Positions 20,927-29,464 are shown, counted from the stretch's first letter. The stretch is 64,000 nucleotides of DNA from Acidobacteriaceae bacterium (GCA_030041045.1 JASHOQ010000115.1:5702-69701), one strand, 5' to 3'. Numbers and translations: made by a program. Notes: a model not told the origin generated them from the letters alone.

Positions 20927-20943
20927 ATGCGATAATATCGCAT
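20927..20943. promoter_or_regulatory. perfect 8-1-8 palindrome between marR and the ClC gene (candidate MarR operator)
   Basis: ATGCGATAATATCGCAT lies in the 34-bp divergent gap between the MarR start (20922) and the ClC start (20957). Confidence 0.4.
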
Positions 20944-20956
20944 CAGGATATATTGG

Positions 20957-22831
20957 ATGCCAAGCGAAACGCAAAACCCCGAAAAACGACGCCCGGCGGG
21001 CGAGCCGGCCCCACCCCGCGTGCAGCCGGATGCGCCCGCGCATCGGGAGGGCCAGTTCGGCATCGCCCTTGAGCCCCAGGTGGTGAAAATCTGCGGCTGG
21101 GCGCTGCTCGTCGGTCTCATCGGCGGATTGGTGGCGCAGGGCCTGCTCGAGCTCATCTACTTCTTCACCAACCTCTTCTTCTACGGCCGCTTCTCCTTCG
21201 CCATCTCCCACCCGGTGGGCAATCACCTCGGCCTCTGGGTCATTCTCATTCCCCCCATCGGCGGCCTCGTGGTCGGCCTGCTCATCTACTTCTTCGAGCC
21301 CACCCTCAAAGGCCACGGCATCCCTGAAGCCATGGAGGCTGTCCTCTTCGGCCGCAGCCGCATGCGCCTGCGCGTGGCCATACTCAAGCCGCTGGCCACG
21401 GCTCTCGCCATCGGCACCGGCGGGCCGTTCGGCGCCGAAGGGCCCATCATCCAGACCGGCGGCGCCTTCGGCTCCCTGCTCGGCCAGGCTCTCGGGCTCA
21501 CGCCTTACTATCGCCGCGTGCTGCTCGCAGCCGGCGCCGCCGCGGGCATGGCGGCCACGTTCACCGCGCCCCTCGCCGGCGTGCTCGTCGCCATTGAACT
21601 GCTCCTCTTCGAGCTCCGCGCCCGCTCCTTTATTCCCGTGGCCCTCGCCTCTGCCGTCGCCACCGGCGTGCGCATTCACTTTGTCGGATGGAAGCCGCTC
21701 TTCCCCATGCCCGAATACAAAATCACGGGCATGAACGAGCTCTGGCTCTTCGCCCTCATGGGCATTCTCATGGGCATCGTCGCCGTCATCATGATCCGCG
21801 TGCTCTCCTGGCTTGAGGATTTCTTCGACGAGCTGCCCATCCCCTACGCCGCCATCTGGTCGCCGGCCATCGGCGCGGTCCTGCTCGGCATCATCGGCTA
21901 CTTCTGCCCGCAGGTCTTCGGCACCAGTTACGACACCATTCGCGACATGCTCAACGACCGCCTCGGCGCCGGATCGCTTCTCGGTATCGGCTTCGCCAAG
22001 TTCTGGGCGCTCGTCATCTCGCTCGGCTCCGGCACCACCGGCGGCGTCTTCGCGCCCTCGCTCGTGGTGGGCGGCGGGCTGGGCGCCGTCTACGCCATGT
22101 TCATGCGGCACATCGTGCCCAATCTGGTGAGCGATCCCGGCCTCTATTCGCTCGTCGCCATGGCCGCGGTCTTCGGCGGCATTGCCCGCGCGCCCTTCAC
22201 CAGCATCATTTTCCTCTTCGAGCTGAGCCACAATCCCAATGCCCTGCTGCCCTTGCTCGTCTGCGTCATGATCTCCGACGGCTTCGTGCGCCTGTTTAGC
22301 CGCGACTCCATCATGACCATCAAGCTGGTCAAGCGCGGACTCATCGTTCTCCAGGATTACTCCGCTCCCCTGCTCATGCGCGCGCGCATTGACCAGGTCA
22401 TGCGCACCGGCTTCCCTGTGCTCCACGCCGAAGACGACCTGAGCGAAGCTCTCGCCCATTTCCCGCCCGACGAAGCCGGTTTTCTTCCCGTCGTCGACGC
22501 CCAGGGCGACCTGGTCGGCATCGTGGAGGCGTGCGACCTGTTGCGCGCGGTCGAGCCTGCACGCCCCAAGCCGCTGGGTCCGCTGGCGCGGCAGGAATAC
22601 GTGCTCGCCTTTCCCGGCGAATCGGTCGACCGTGTCCATCGCGAGATGATGCGCAAGAATGTCGAGAACGTGGTGGTCGTTGAATCGAGCCAGTCGCGCA
22701 AACCCGTCGGCCTCGCCCGCGCCAACGACATTCTGGCCCTGCGCCGCTGGCTGCTTGAAGAGGAGACCGGAGAGCTGCGCCGCGCCACTCTCGACGAACC
22801 CTCGGAAAGCCCCGGCGTCAAGCTGGCCTGA
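20957..22831 (+). CDS. ClC-family chloride channel / Cl-/H+ antiporter with C-terminal CBS pair
   Basis: GHGIPE, GAEGPIIQTG and GGVFAPSL selectivity-filter motifs. C-terminal CBS-like region. Confidence 0.9.
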   Translation: MPSETQNPEKRRPAGEPAPPRVQPDAPAHREGQFGIALEPQVVKICGWALLVGLIGGLVAQGLLELIYFFTNLFFYGRFSFAISHPVGNHLGLWVILIPPIGGLVVGLLIYFFEPTLKGHGIPEAMEAVLFGRSRMRLRVAILKPLATALAIGTGGPFGAEGPIIQTGGAFGSLLGQALGLTPYYRRVLLAAGAAAGMAATFTAPLAGVLVAIELLLFELRARSFIPVALASAVATGVRIHFVGWKPLFPMPEYKITGMNELWLFALMGILMGIVAVIMIRVLSWLEDFFDELPIPYAAIWSPAIGAVLLGIIGYFCPQVFGTSYDTIRDMLNDRLGAGSLLGIGFAKFWALVISLGSGTTGGVFAPSLVVGGGLGAVYAMFMRHIVPNLVSDPGLYSLVAMAAVFGGIARAPFTSIIFLFELSHNPNALLPLLVCVMISDGFVRLFSRDSIMTIKLVKRGLIVLQDYSAPLLMRARIDQVMRTGFPVLHAEDDLSEALAHFPPDEAGFLPVVDAQGDLVGIVEACDLLRAVEPARPKPLGPLARQEYVLAFPGESVDRVHREMMRKNVENVVVVESSQSRKPVGLARANDILALRRWLLEEETGELRRATLDEPSESPGVKLA

Positions 22832-22859
22832 CCTTGCGTCCAACCCGCACCTAGATCCA

Positions 22860-23100
22860 GGAAGCACAGAAAAGCGTCCCGAAGGGACGCCCGAGAATAG
22901 CCCAGGGTGAAGCTCGCCGCAGCGAGCGGAACCCTGGGAAATGCGGCAAGAACGAATCCCGAGCCCCGTAGGGGCGATGGAACCGAGCCGTCATGCGGGC
23001 GTCCGAGCCTCCGGGCGAAATCCTGACCCGGAACGAAGTGAAGGGGAAGGACCGTGCAACCCCACTCAAGGGCACGGGCGCTGAAGCGAGCGGCTGCTCG
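22860..23100. repeat. hairpin-dense GC-rich intergenic element next to tRNA-Val
   Basis: GCGTCCC-GAA-GGGACGC (22874-22890), GCCCC-GTA-GGGGC and CCCAGGG...CCCTGGG pairs. No credible CDS. It resembles dispersed intergenic palindromic elements seen in soil-bacterial genomes (recollection only). Confidence 0.35.
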
Positions 23101-23109
23101 ATGCAATCG

Positions 23110-23186
23110 TGGTGGGCGGTCAGGGACTCGAACCCCGGACCCCTTCCTTGTAAGGGAAGTGCTCTAACCAACTGAGCTAACCGCCC
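23110..23186 (-). tRNA. tRNA-Val (anticodon TAC), CCA encoded
   Basis: Reverse complement GGGCGGTTAGCTCAGTTGGTTAGAGCACTTCCCTTACAAGGAAGGGGTCCGGGGTTCGAGTCCCTGACCGCCCACCA. The acceptor stem GGGCGGT/ACCGCCC, D-, anticodon- (CTTCC/GGAAG, loop CTTACAA) and T-arms all pair. Confidence 0.93.
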
Positions 23187-23262
23187 GCGGCACGCGGCAT
23201 CTCGGCAACTGTTTCTGATGATAGCAGCGCGCGCGGAAATTCCACGCAACGCGCCCGCTTGC

Positions 23263-23299
23263 CCCATCCCTTCGCGCGTGATTTGTGCGAAAGGGTGGG
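23263..23299. repeat. REP-like imperfect palindrome (copy 1)
   Basis: CCCATCCCTTCGC...GCGAAAGGGTGGG. Its reverse complement aligns with 48927-48962 with a few mismatches and indels (by eye). Confidence 0.4.
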
Positions 23300-23306
23300 A
23301 AGCCCC

Positions 23307-23338
23307 CTGACTCGCTGACTTGCTGACTTGCTACACTC
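23307..23338. repeat. octanucleotide tandem repeat (CTGACTTG)n
   Basis: CTGACTCG CTGACTTG CTGACTTG CTACACTC, immediately upstream of GTG start 23345. An inverse-orientation copy lies at 45621-45638. Confidence 0.6.
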
Positions 23339-23344
23339 AAACGC

Positions 23345-24223
23345 GTGCGCCGGCTCATCGTAAATGCTGACGACTTCGGCCTGACCGCCGGCGTCAACCG
23401 CGCCGTGGCCGAGTTGTCCTCCGCGGGCGTGCTGACCAGCACCACGCTCATGGCCCGCGCCGGCGCAACACGCGAAGCAATCGGAATCGCCCGCGCGAAA
23501 CCCTCTCTCGGCGTCGGCTGCCACGTGGTCCTGGTCGATGGCGCTCCGATCCTTTCCGCGCGCAGAGAGATCCCGCGTCTTGCCCGCCCTGCCGCCTCCG
23601 ATCCCGCAGGCGAACTGCGTCCCGGTCTGCCGGGATTTCTCCGCGCCATCTATCTTGCCCCGGACAAACAGAAGCTCTACGCACAGATCGAAGCCGAGAC
23701 CCGCGCGCAGATCGAATTCCTGCAGATCGCCGGCGTCGCCCTCACGCATATCGACACCCACAAGCACGTGCACATGTTTCCCGGGGTGCTGCGCGCCGTG
23801 CTGCGCGCCGCGCGCGCCCGCGGCCTTCGCGCCGTGCGCAACCCCTTTGAGCCGGCTTGGGCCGTGCGCGCCGCGGGTGCGGGACCATGGCTCCGCGTGG
23901 CGCAGGTCAGCGCGCTACGCTGGCTCGCGCCCGTCTGCCGCGGCATCATCGCCGAAGAAGGCTTCGTCACCACCGACGGTACCCTCGCCGTGGTCGGCAC
24001 CGGCATCCTCGATCGCACCATGGTCCGCCGCCTGCTCACCAACCTTCCCCAAGGCACCTGGGAGCTGGTCACGCACCCCGGCTACAACGACGCCGATCTT
24101 GACCGTGTGCGCACGCGCCTGCGCGCCTCGCGCGACATCGAGCGCGATGCTCTCGAGGCCATCCGCGAGTTTCCTGGCATCGAGCTGATCTCCTATCGCG
24201 ACCTCAACCCGGCAAGCGCTTGA
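23345..24223 (+). CDS. ChbG/HpnK (YdjC) family carbohydrate deacetylase
   Basis: GTG start. MRRLIVNADDFGLTAGVNRAVAEL...THIDTHKHVHMFP, the YdjC-family signature. Confidence 0.85.
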   Translation: MRRLIVNADDFGLTAGVNRAVAELSSAGVLTSTTLMARAGATREAIGIARAKPSLGVGCHVVLVDGAPILSARREIPRLARPAASDPAGELRPGLPGFLRAIYLAPDKQKLYAQIEAETRAQIEFLQIAGVALTHIDTHKHVHMFPGVLRAVLRAARARGLRAVRNPFEPAWAVRAAGAGPWLRVAQVSALRWLAPVCRGIIAEEGFVTTDGTLAVVGTGILDRTMVRRLLTNLPQGTWELVTHPGYNDADLDRVRTRLRASRDIERDALEAIREFPGIELISYRDLNPASA

Positions 24224-24326
24224 GCGAACGATCTTCGTGCTCCGCACCTCCGCGGCCTGAATCTTCAGCCGCGCTGAACGCGTCCAATCTGGAGGCAGCT
24301 TCCGGTATTCTCATTGAGAACCTCGC

Positions 24327-25478
24327 ATGCGCATCGGCATCACCTGCTATCCCACCTACGGCGGCTCCGGCGTTGTGGCCACGGAGCTCGGCATCGAGCT
24401 TGCGCGCCTCGGCCACGAGATTCACTTCATCTCTTATTCGCAGCCCTTCCGCCTCAGTGGCCGCCTCAACGAGGGCGGAGGCGGCATCTTCTACCACGAG
24501 GTGCCGGTCTCGAATTATCCCCTCTTCGAGTTCCCGCCCTACGATCTGGCGCTGGCCTCGCGCATGGCGGAAGTGGCCGAGTATTATGCGCTCGACCTGC
24601 TGCACGTCCACTACGCCATTCCTCACTCCGTGAGCGCGCTGCTGGCGCGGCAGATGCTCGCTGCCAATGGCCGCCGCCTGCCCTTCGTCACCACCCTGCA
24701 CGGCACTGACATTACGCTCGTCGGCCTCGATCGGAGTTACCTGCCCATCACCCGCTACAGCATCCAGCAGAGTGACGGCGTCACTTGCATTTCCAATTAC
24801 CTCAGGGAAAAAACCATCCAGGATTTCGGCGTGACGCGGCCCATCGAGACCATCACCAACTTCGTCAACTGCGACGTGTACGCGCCTTTTGCCGACGAGG
24901 CGCAGCGCGCGGAAGCGCGGGCGCGTTTCGCCCGCCCCCAAGAGGCGATTCTGATGCACCTTTCGAACTTCCGCCCGGTCAAGCGCGTGGTGGACACGGT
25001 GAAGATCTTCGCAAGTGTTGCCAGGGAGCGGCCCGCGCAATTGGTTCTCATCGGCGATGGGCCCGACCGCTCCGCCGCCGAGTGGCTCGCGCACGATCTT
25101 GGCATCCAGTGCCAGGTGCACTTCCTGGGCAAGCAGGAGCGCGTCAATGAGCTGCTGCCCCTGGCCGATCTGCTGCTCATGCCCAGCGAGCTCGAGTCCT
25201 TTGGCCTGGCCGCGCTCGAAGCCATGGCGTGCAAGGTTCCCTCCATTGCCACGCGCGTGGGCGGCGTGCCCGAGCTCATTGACGACGGCGAGAACGGCTT
25301 GCTCTTTCCCGTGGGCGATGTGGACGCGATGGCCGCAGCCGCGCTCGCGCTGCTGGGCGATCCCGCGCGCCTTCAGGCCATGCGCGATGCCGCGCGCAAG
25401 GCCGCGCAGAAGCGCTTCTGCGCCTCGCTGGTGGTGCCGCAATATGTGCGCTTCTACGAGCAGGTGCTCACGCAGTGA
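24327..25478 (+). CDS. bshA: GT4 glycosyltransferase, BshA-like (N-acetyl-alpha-D-glucosaminyl L-malate synthase-like)
   Basis: MRIGITCYPTYGGSGVVATELG..., LLHVHYAIPH, TTLHGTDITLVG, and C-terminal E..G...LEAMA...P GT-B motif. Assigned from remembered BshA orthologue motifs, not from a search. Confidence 0.7.
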   Translation: MRIGITCYPTYGGSGVVATELGIELARLGHEIHFISYSQPFRLSGRLNEGGGGIFYHEVPVSNYPLFEFPPYDLALASRMAEVAEYYALDLLHVHYAIPHSVSALLARQMLAANGRRLPFVTTLHGTDITLVGLDRSYLPITRYSIQQSDGVTCISNYLREKTIQDFGVTRPIETITNFVNCDVYAPFADEAQRAEARARFARPQEAILMHLSNFRPVKRVVDTVKIFASVARERPAQLVLIGDGPDRSAAEWLAHDLGIQCQVHFLGKQERVNELLPLADLLLMPSELESFGLAALEAMACKVPSIATRVGGVPELIDDGENGLLFPVGDVDAMAAAALALLGDPARLQAMRDAARKAAQKRFCASLVVPQYVRFYEQVLTQ

Positions 25479-25514
25479 TCAGTGTTCAGTGTTCAGGGTT
25501 CAGGGGTCAGGGGT
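25473..25514. repeat. heptamer tandem array, G-rich arm (6 units), overlapping the bshA stop codon
   Basis: CAGTGAT CAGTGTT CAGTGTT CAGGGTT CAGGGGT CAGGGGT. The TGA stop (25476-25478) lies inside unit 1. Confidence 0.85.
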
Positions 25515-25813
25515 CAACAAGCCAGAATGTTGGCTTATGAGGTTGCGCGAAGCGAGCAAATATTTGCACAGGTGGTTGCGCTTGCGCGCCAAGGTTTGCC
25601 TGCACGGTTCCATTGCGCAGAGGGGTTGACCGCTCAGGCCATCCCGAAGTGCGTTCCGGCTGCTGAGAATCGACCCCGCCGAGTGCGCAGGCTGCTCAGA
25701 ATCTCTCGAAGAGACGCGAATTTGCGCTCAAATTGCGCGATTTGACGCGGTTTTCGCAACACTGGACGCATGGTTTGGCGCCAACTCGCCGCCGTGTGTC
25801 CCCTACGAAGCCC

Positions 25814-25876
25814 CATTTCCCTACTCCCTACTCCCTATTCCCTACTCCCTACTCCCTGACCCCTGCTCCCTGAAAT
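25814..25876. repeat. heptamer tandem array, C-rich arm (9 units)
   Basis: CATTTCC CTACTCC CTACTCC CTATTCC CTACTCC CTACTCC CTGACCC CTGCTCC CTGAAAT. Complement-type units of the same family. Confidence 0.85.
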
Positions 25877-26151
25877 CCTGCGCCTGTGCGAAACGATGGC
25901 GGTGTGCGCGCCACTATCCATTCGAAGCGCGGGATGGGCCGATCTCTTCACACCGGTAGCCGGGTAAACGCCGCGAAGGGAAAGGCCCCTGCGCTCGGAA
26001 CGGGCACCTTAAAGCATTTTCTGAGTAGCTATATCCCGAAGACGGAAAGCAGAGTCGACGCGACCAACAGGGAGCGGCGACCTTGCGAAGGAACGAAGAG
26101 GACACAGTAACTCAGAAAATGCCGTAGATAGATAGAAAAGCGCGGCGCGCG

Positions 26152-26877
26152 TCACGCCTGCGGCCGGAAGACCGGCTCGAAGCCCAGCGCGCGCCAGAAG
26201 CGCTCGAGCAGCGCAAGGGTTCCCCGGCTCGTGGCCGGCGTGACGCCTATTTCCATCGCCGCACCGCAAGACTTCTCCAGATCTGCGAGCTCGAGATCGG
26301 ACGGCGAGAGAGCAAGCGCCACGCAGCGATCCGGACGATAAGTGCACGCGGCGAGATCGGCGATAGAAAGCGTTTTGGTGGGTGTGGCGAAGACCGCGTG
26401 CGGCGGAGCCATGCGGTCGAGCAGCCAGAGAATTTCGAGTTTCGATTCGAGCTCGTCGGGCACGCAATCGATGACGAGCTCGGCCGGCCGCACCGCGTCT
26501 TCAATCGACGCGACAAAGGCGACCGGGAAGGTTTCCACGGGATTGGTTTCGACGCGAATGGGTTCGTCGGGATTGAATTCCTCAGGGGCTGAAGCGCGCG
26601 ACGCATCCTGGGTGCGGCTGCCGGCAGTCAGGGACCGGCCCGCACTGCAAGCGGGATCGCTCGCGCCTTCAGCCTTTTTTTCCCGGGCGAGCTCACGGCG
26701 CAGCGCCTCGCGCGCGCGGCGCAGGTTCGAAGGCAGCACATCTTCGAGCAGGACGCGGAAGCCGGCGCGTGCAGCGCGGCGCGCAAGCGAGCGCCCCAGC
26801 CGGCCGGCCCCGATAATGGCCACGGTCAAGGAAGAGCCGGGCGGGCTATCCGATCCGAAATCCGGCGCGGGGGTCAT
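26152..26877 (-). CDS. 3-hydroxyacyl-CoA dehydrogenase-like NAD-binding domain protein
   Basis: Start moved to ATG 26877. VAIIGAGRLGRSLARRAARAGFRVLLEDV Rossmann motif, CVPDELESKLEIL. Low-complexity insert; no C-terminal dimerisation domain seen. Confidence 0.7.
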   Translation of the reverse strand: MTPAPDFGSDSPPGSSLTVAIIGAGRLGRSLARRAARAGFRVLLEDVLPSNLRRAREALRRELAREKKAEGASDPACSAGRSLTAGSRTQDASRASAPEEFNPDEPIRVETNPVETFPVAFVASIEDAVRPAELVIDCVPDELESKLEILWLLDRMAPPHAVFATPTKTLSIADLAACTYRPDRCVALALSPSDLELADLEKSCGAAMEIGVTPATSRGTLALLERFWRALGFEPVFRPQA

Positions 26878-26935
26878 AGGAGTGAAAGGCGCGCGGCGAG
26901 GCCATGTGCGAGCCGGCGCGGCATATTCACGCGAC

Positions 26936-27130
26936 TCATCGCTCCGTGAGGGCCTGCACCACGTCGTCGGCGCTGGGGCGGGCCTGCTCCAGGTGCTCGG
27001 CCACGCGGGCGCGCTCCTCGGCAGAAAGCGTGGGAACGGCGGCAAGGACGCGGCGCAGGGTCACGGCCACGTCGTCAATGTAGTTCATCAGGCGAATGGC
27101 TTCTCCGGAAAGCGGCATGGGCTCCCTCAT
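26936..27130 (-). CDS. small hypothetical protein (64 aa)
   Basis: ORF directly upstream of the dehydrogenase-like gene, with a helical-looking sequence. No motif; weak support. Confidence 0.35.
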   Translation of the reverse strand: MREPMPLSGEAIRLMNYIDDVAVTLRRVLAAVPTLSAEERARVAEHLEQARPSADDVVQALTER

Positions 27131-27353
27131 TCCTCAGTCTCGTTCCTGGGTCTCGTTCGCTGGTCTTCCGGCATTTATTGTAGGCGGTTGGTTGCGGTTG
27201 AGGGAAACGGCGCGCCCTGACAAAGCCCGTGCTGCGAAGCGCGGGCTGCCTGCGGCCTTTATGCCTCCGGGGCGTCTACGGCGCTACAATTCCCCTCGAC
27301 CGGAGATGCGCAGAAAGCTCAAGGCGCATCTTCCCCATAGAAAGAGGCTGGTC

Positions 27354-27668
27354 ATGAAGAGGAGACAGGTATTTGCGGTACTCATGGGTGCGGCCCTCGC
27401 CTTTGCCGGCAAATCGTTCGCGCAGGACACGGCCAACGTTCCCAAGTACCCCGACAAGCTGGCTCTGGCCCAGGCCAATGCCAAGCAACTGCTGGCATTG
27501 ATGGATACCAATAAGAATGGAAGGATTTCGAAACAGGAATGGATGAACTTCATGTCCAAAGAGTTCGACCGGCTCGACACCGACCACAGCGGTGAGCTCG
27601 ATCCGCACGAGCTGTTGCAGTCGGACGTGACGGTCGAGCGCCCGCGGCCGTCGACTCTCGGCAAATAA
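27354..27668 (+). CDS. secreted EF-hand calcium-binding protein
   Basis: Start at ATG 27354 (MKRRQVFAVLMGAALAFAGKSFA). Two EF loops: DTNKNGRISKQE and DTDHSGELDPHE. Confidence 0.75.
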   Translation: MKRRQVFAVLMGAALAFAGKSFAQDTANVPKYPDKLALAQANAKQLLALMDTNKNGRISKQEWMNFMSKEFDRLDTDHSGELDPHELLQSDVTVERPRPSTLGK

Positions 27669-27822
27669 GCGCGCCATCCGGCACCCCGCCTATGGTTCGA
27701 AGGGCTGGAGCGGAGCCCTCCAGCCGGTGGGTACGTGTGGAAATAAGGCCGCCGCGGCAAATGCATCGCGCATAATCGATGAAGCCAACAAAAAACGCAG
27801 GCGATTACGCGAGGTGCGGCCG

Positions 27823-29424
27823 ATGGGATTGCCGATGAGGATCTCCAGGCGGGAATTCGTGATGCGTGTGGGGCAGGCGGGAGGATTCGGCGCTGCCTTC
27901 CTCGCCATGCAGCAACTGGGACTGATGCCGCTTGCGGAGGCTGCCCCGCGGCTGGACACGGCGCCGGGCGCGGGCAGCGGCGTGCGCGTGGCCATCCTGG
28001 GCGCCGGCATCGCCGGGCTGGTGGCTGCCTACGAGATGAAGGCGCTGGGCTACGAGTGCACGGTGCTTGAGGCGCGCACGCGTCCCGGCGGGCGCAGCTG
28101 GACCGTTCGCGGCGGAGACTCCGTGCAACTCATTGACGGCACCACCCAGACCTGCGCCTGGAGCGCGGGTCAGTACCAGAACTTTGGCCCCGCGCGCCTT
28201 CCCTCGGCGCACACCACGATCCTGGGCTATTGCCGCAAGCTCGGCGTGCCTATGGAGGTGGAGATCAACACCAACCGGTCGACGCGCCTGGAAAACCCCG
28301 CCGTGGGCCAGGGTCAGCCGGTCGAGCAGCGGCAGGTGGTCAACGACGCTCGCGGCCACGTGAGCGAACTGCTGGCCAAGTGCATCCAGAAGGGGGCGCT
28401 GGACGCGGAACTGACCTCCCAGGACCGCGACCGCATGCTCAGCTTTCTGCGCATCTACGGACCGCTCGACAAGGTCTATCAATATACCGGCAGCGAGCGC
28501 TCGGGATTCACCACCCTGCCCGGGGCAGGCGACCAGGCCGGCGTGCTGCGCAAGCCCATCGACATGCACACCCTGCTCGACGAGAACTTCTGGTGGGCGA
28601 TTCTCTTTGAAGAGATCTTCGACATGCAGGCCACCATGTTCCAGCCTGTGGGCGGCATGGATCGCATCGCCTATGCGCTCGCCGAGGCCGTCAATGGAAC
28701 AGACCGGCGGACCATCCGATACGGTGCGGAAGTCAAGGAGATTCGCCGTACGGCCGGCGGCGTGCGCGTCGTGTACACCGAGCGGGGAGCGGAGAAGTCG
28801 CTCGAGGCCGACTACTGCCTCTGCAGTCTGCCGCTCAACCTGCTGCGCAAGATCGCCAACGATTTCAGCCAGCCCTATCGCACGGTGATCGAGCAGTGCA
28901 CGTACGGCAATGCCTACAAGATTGCCTGGGAGAGCCGCCGGTTCTGGGAGCAGGACTTCAATATTTACGGAGGTATCGAGGTCGTCACCACAGGCCCGAA
29001 CGTGGTCTGGCTGCCTTCGGGCGGTCTTTTCGGCGAGCGCGGCGTGCTGGTGAGCGGCTACGGGTTCGAGACGGAGGACTCCTTTGCCCTGCTGAGCTTG
29101 AACAATAAATTCGCGGCATCGCGGCTGACGGTGGAGCGGCTGCATCCCGGCTACGGCAAGGAACTCGCCAACCCGGTCTATGTGCCTTGGGCGCACGTTC
29201 CCTTCAATGAAGGCTCATGGATTGCGTCGTACGGTTCCGGGCAGAGTGCATATATTGATGACGCGGTCGACCCCGGCTACGAGCTCCTGCTCCAGCCCGA
29301 CGGGCCCATCTATTTTGTGGGCGAGCATGTGAGCCACGTACGCGCCTGGCAGGAGGGCGCAGCCCTGAGCGCGCTGCGCGCGGTGCAGATGATCGGCGCA
29401 AGGGAACGGGCGAAACGCGCCTGA
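27823..29424 (+). CDS. flavin-containing amine oxidase / L-amino-acid oxidase-like, Tat signal
   Basis: SRREFV twin-arginine motif. VAILGAGIAGLVAAYEMKALGYECTVLEARTRPGGR dinucleotide fold. C-terminal YFVGEH motif. The start is 27823 or 27835. Confidence 0.85.
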   Translation: MGLPMRISRREFVMRVGQAGGFGAAFLAMQQLGLMPLAEAAPRLDTAPGAGSGVRVAILGAGIAGLVAAYEMKALGYECTVLEARTRPGGRSWTVRGGDSVQLIDGTTQTCAWSAGQYQNFGPARLPSAHTTILGYCRKLGVPMEVEINTNRSTRLENPAVGQGQPVEQRQVVNDARGHVSELLAKCIQKGALDAELTSQDRDRMLSFLRIYGPLDKVYQYTGSERSGFTTLPGAGDQAGVLRKPIDMHTLLDENFWWAILFEEIFDMQATMFQPVGGMDRIAYALAEAVNGTDRRTIRYGAEVKEIRRTAGGVRVVYTERGAEKSLEADYCLCSLPLNLLRKIANDFSQPYRTVIEQCTYGNAYKIAWESRRFWEQDFNIYGGIEVVTTGPNVVWLPSGGLFGERGVLVSGYGFETEDSFALLSLNNKFAASRLTVERLHPGYGKELANPVYVPWAHVPFNEGSWIASYGSGQSAYIDDAVDPGYELLLQPDGPIYFVGEHVSHVRAWQEGAALSALRAVQMIGARERAKRA

Positions 29425-29464
29425 TCGCCCCAGGAAGCGCAGAGCTGAAGCGCCCGCGCCGCAC

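Noticed and set aside
20744-22867. 707-aa ORF on the minus strand
   Set aside because: It is antisense to the ClC channel gene, which has clear selectivity-filter motifs. The sequence is low-complexity (runs of D/E/G/A/R).
22357-23267. ORFs 22357..23106(-) and 22851..23267(-)
   Set aside because: They run antisense through the ClC 3' end, the palindromic intergenic element and the tRNA-Val gene. They are not coding.
25482-25816. ORFs 25482..25745(+) and 25634..25816(-) between the split heptamer arms
   Set aside because: They start or end inside repeat units, lack an RBS and have no protein-like motifs. I treat them as non-coding insert sequence.
25890-25990. Riboswitch-like appearance (fluoride, c-di-GMP, cobalamin) of the GC-rich stems
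   Set aside because: The conserved core sequences of these classes are not present. The region lies at gene 3' ends, not in a 5' leader.
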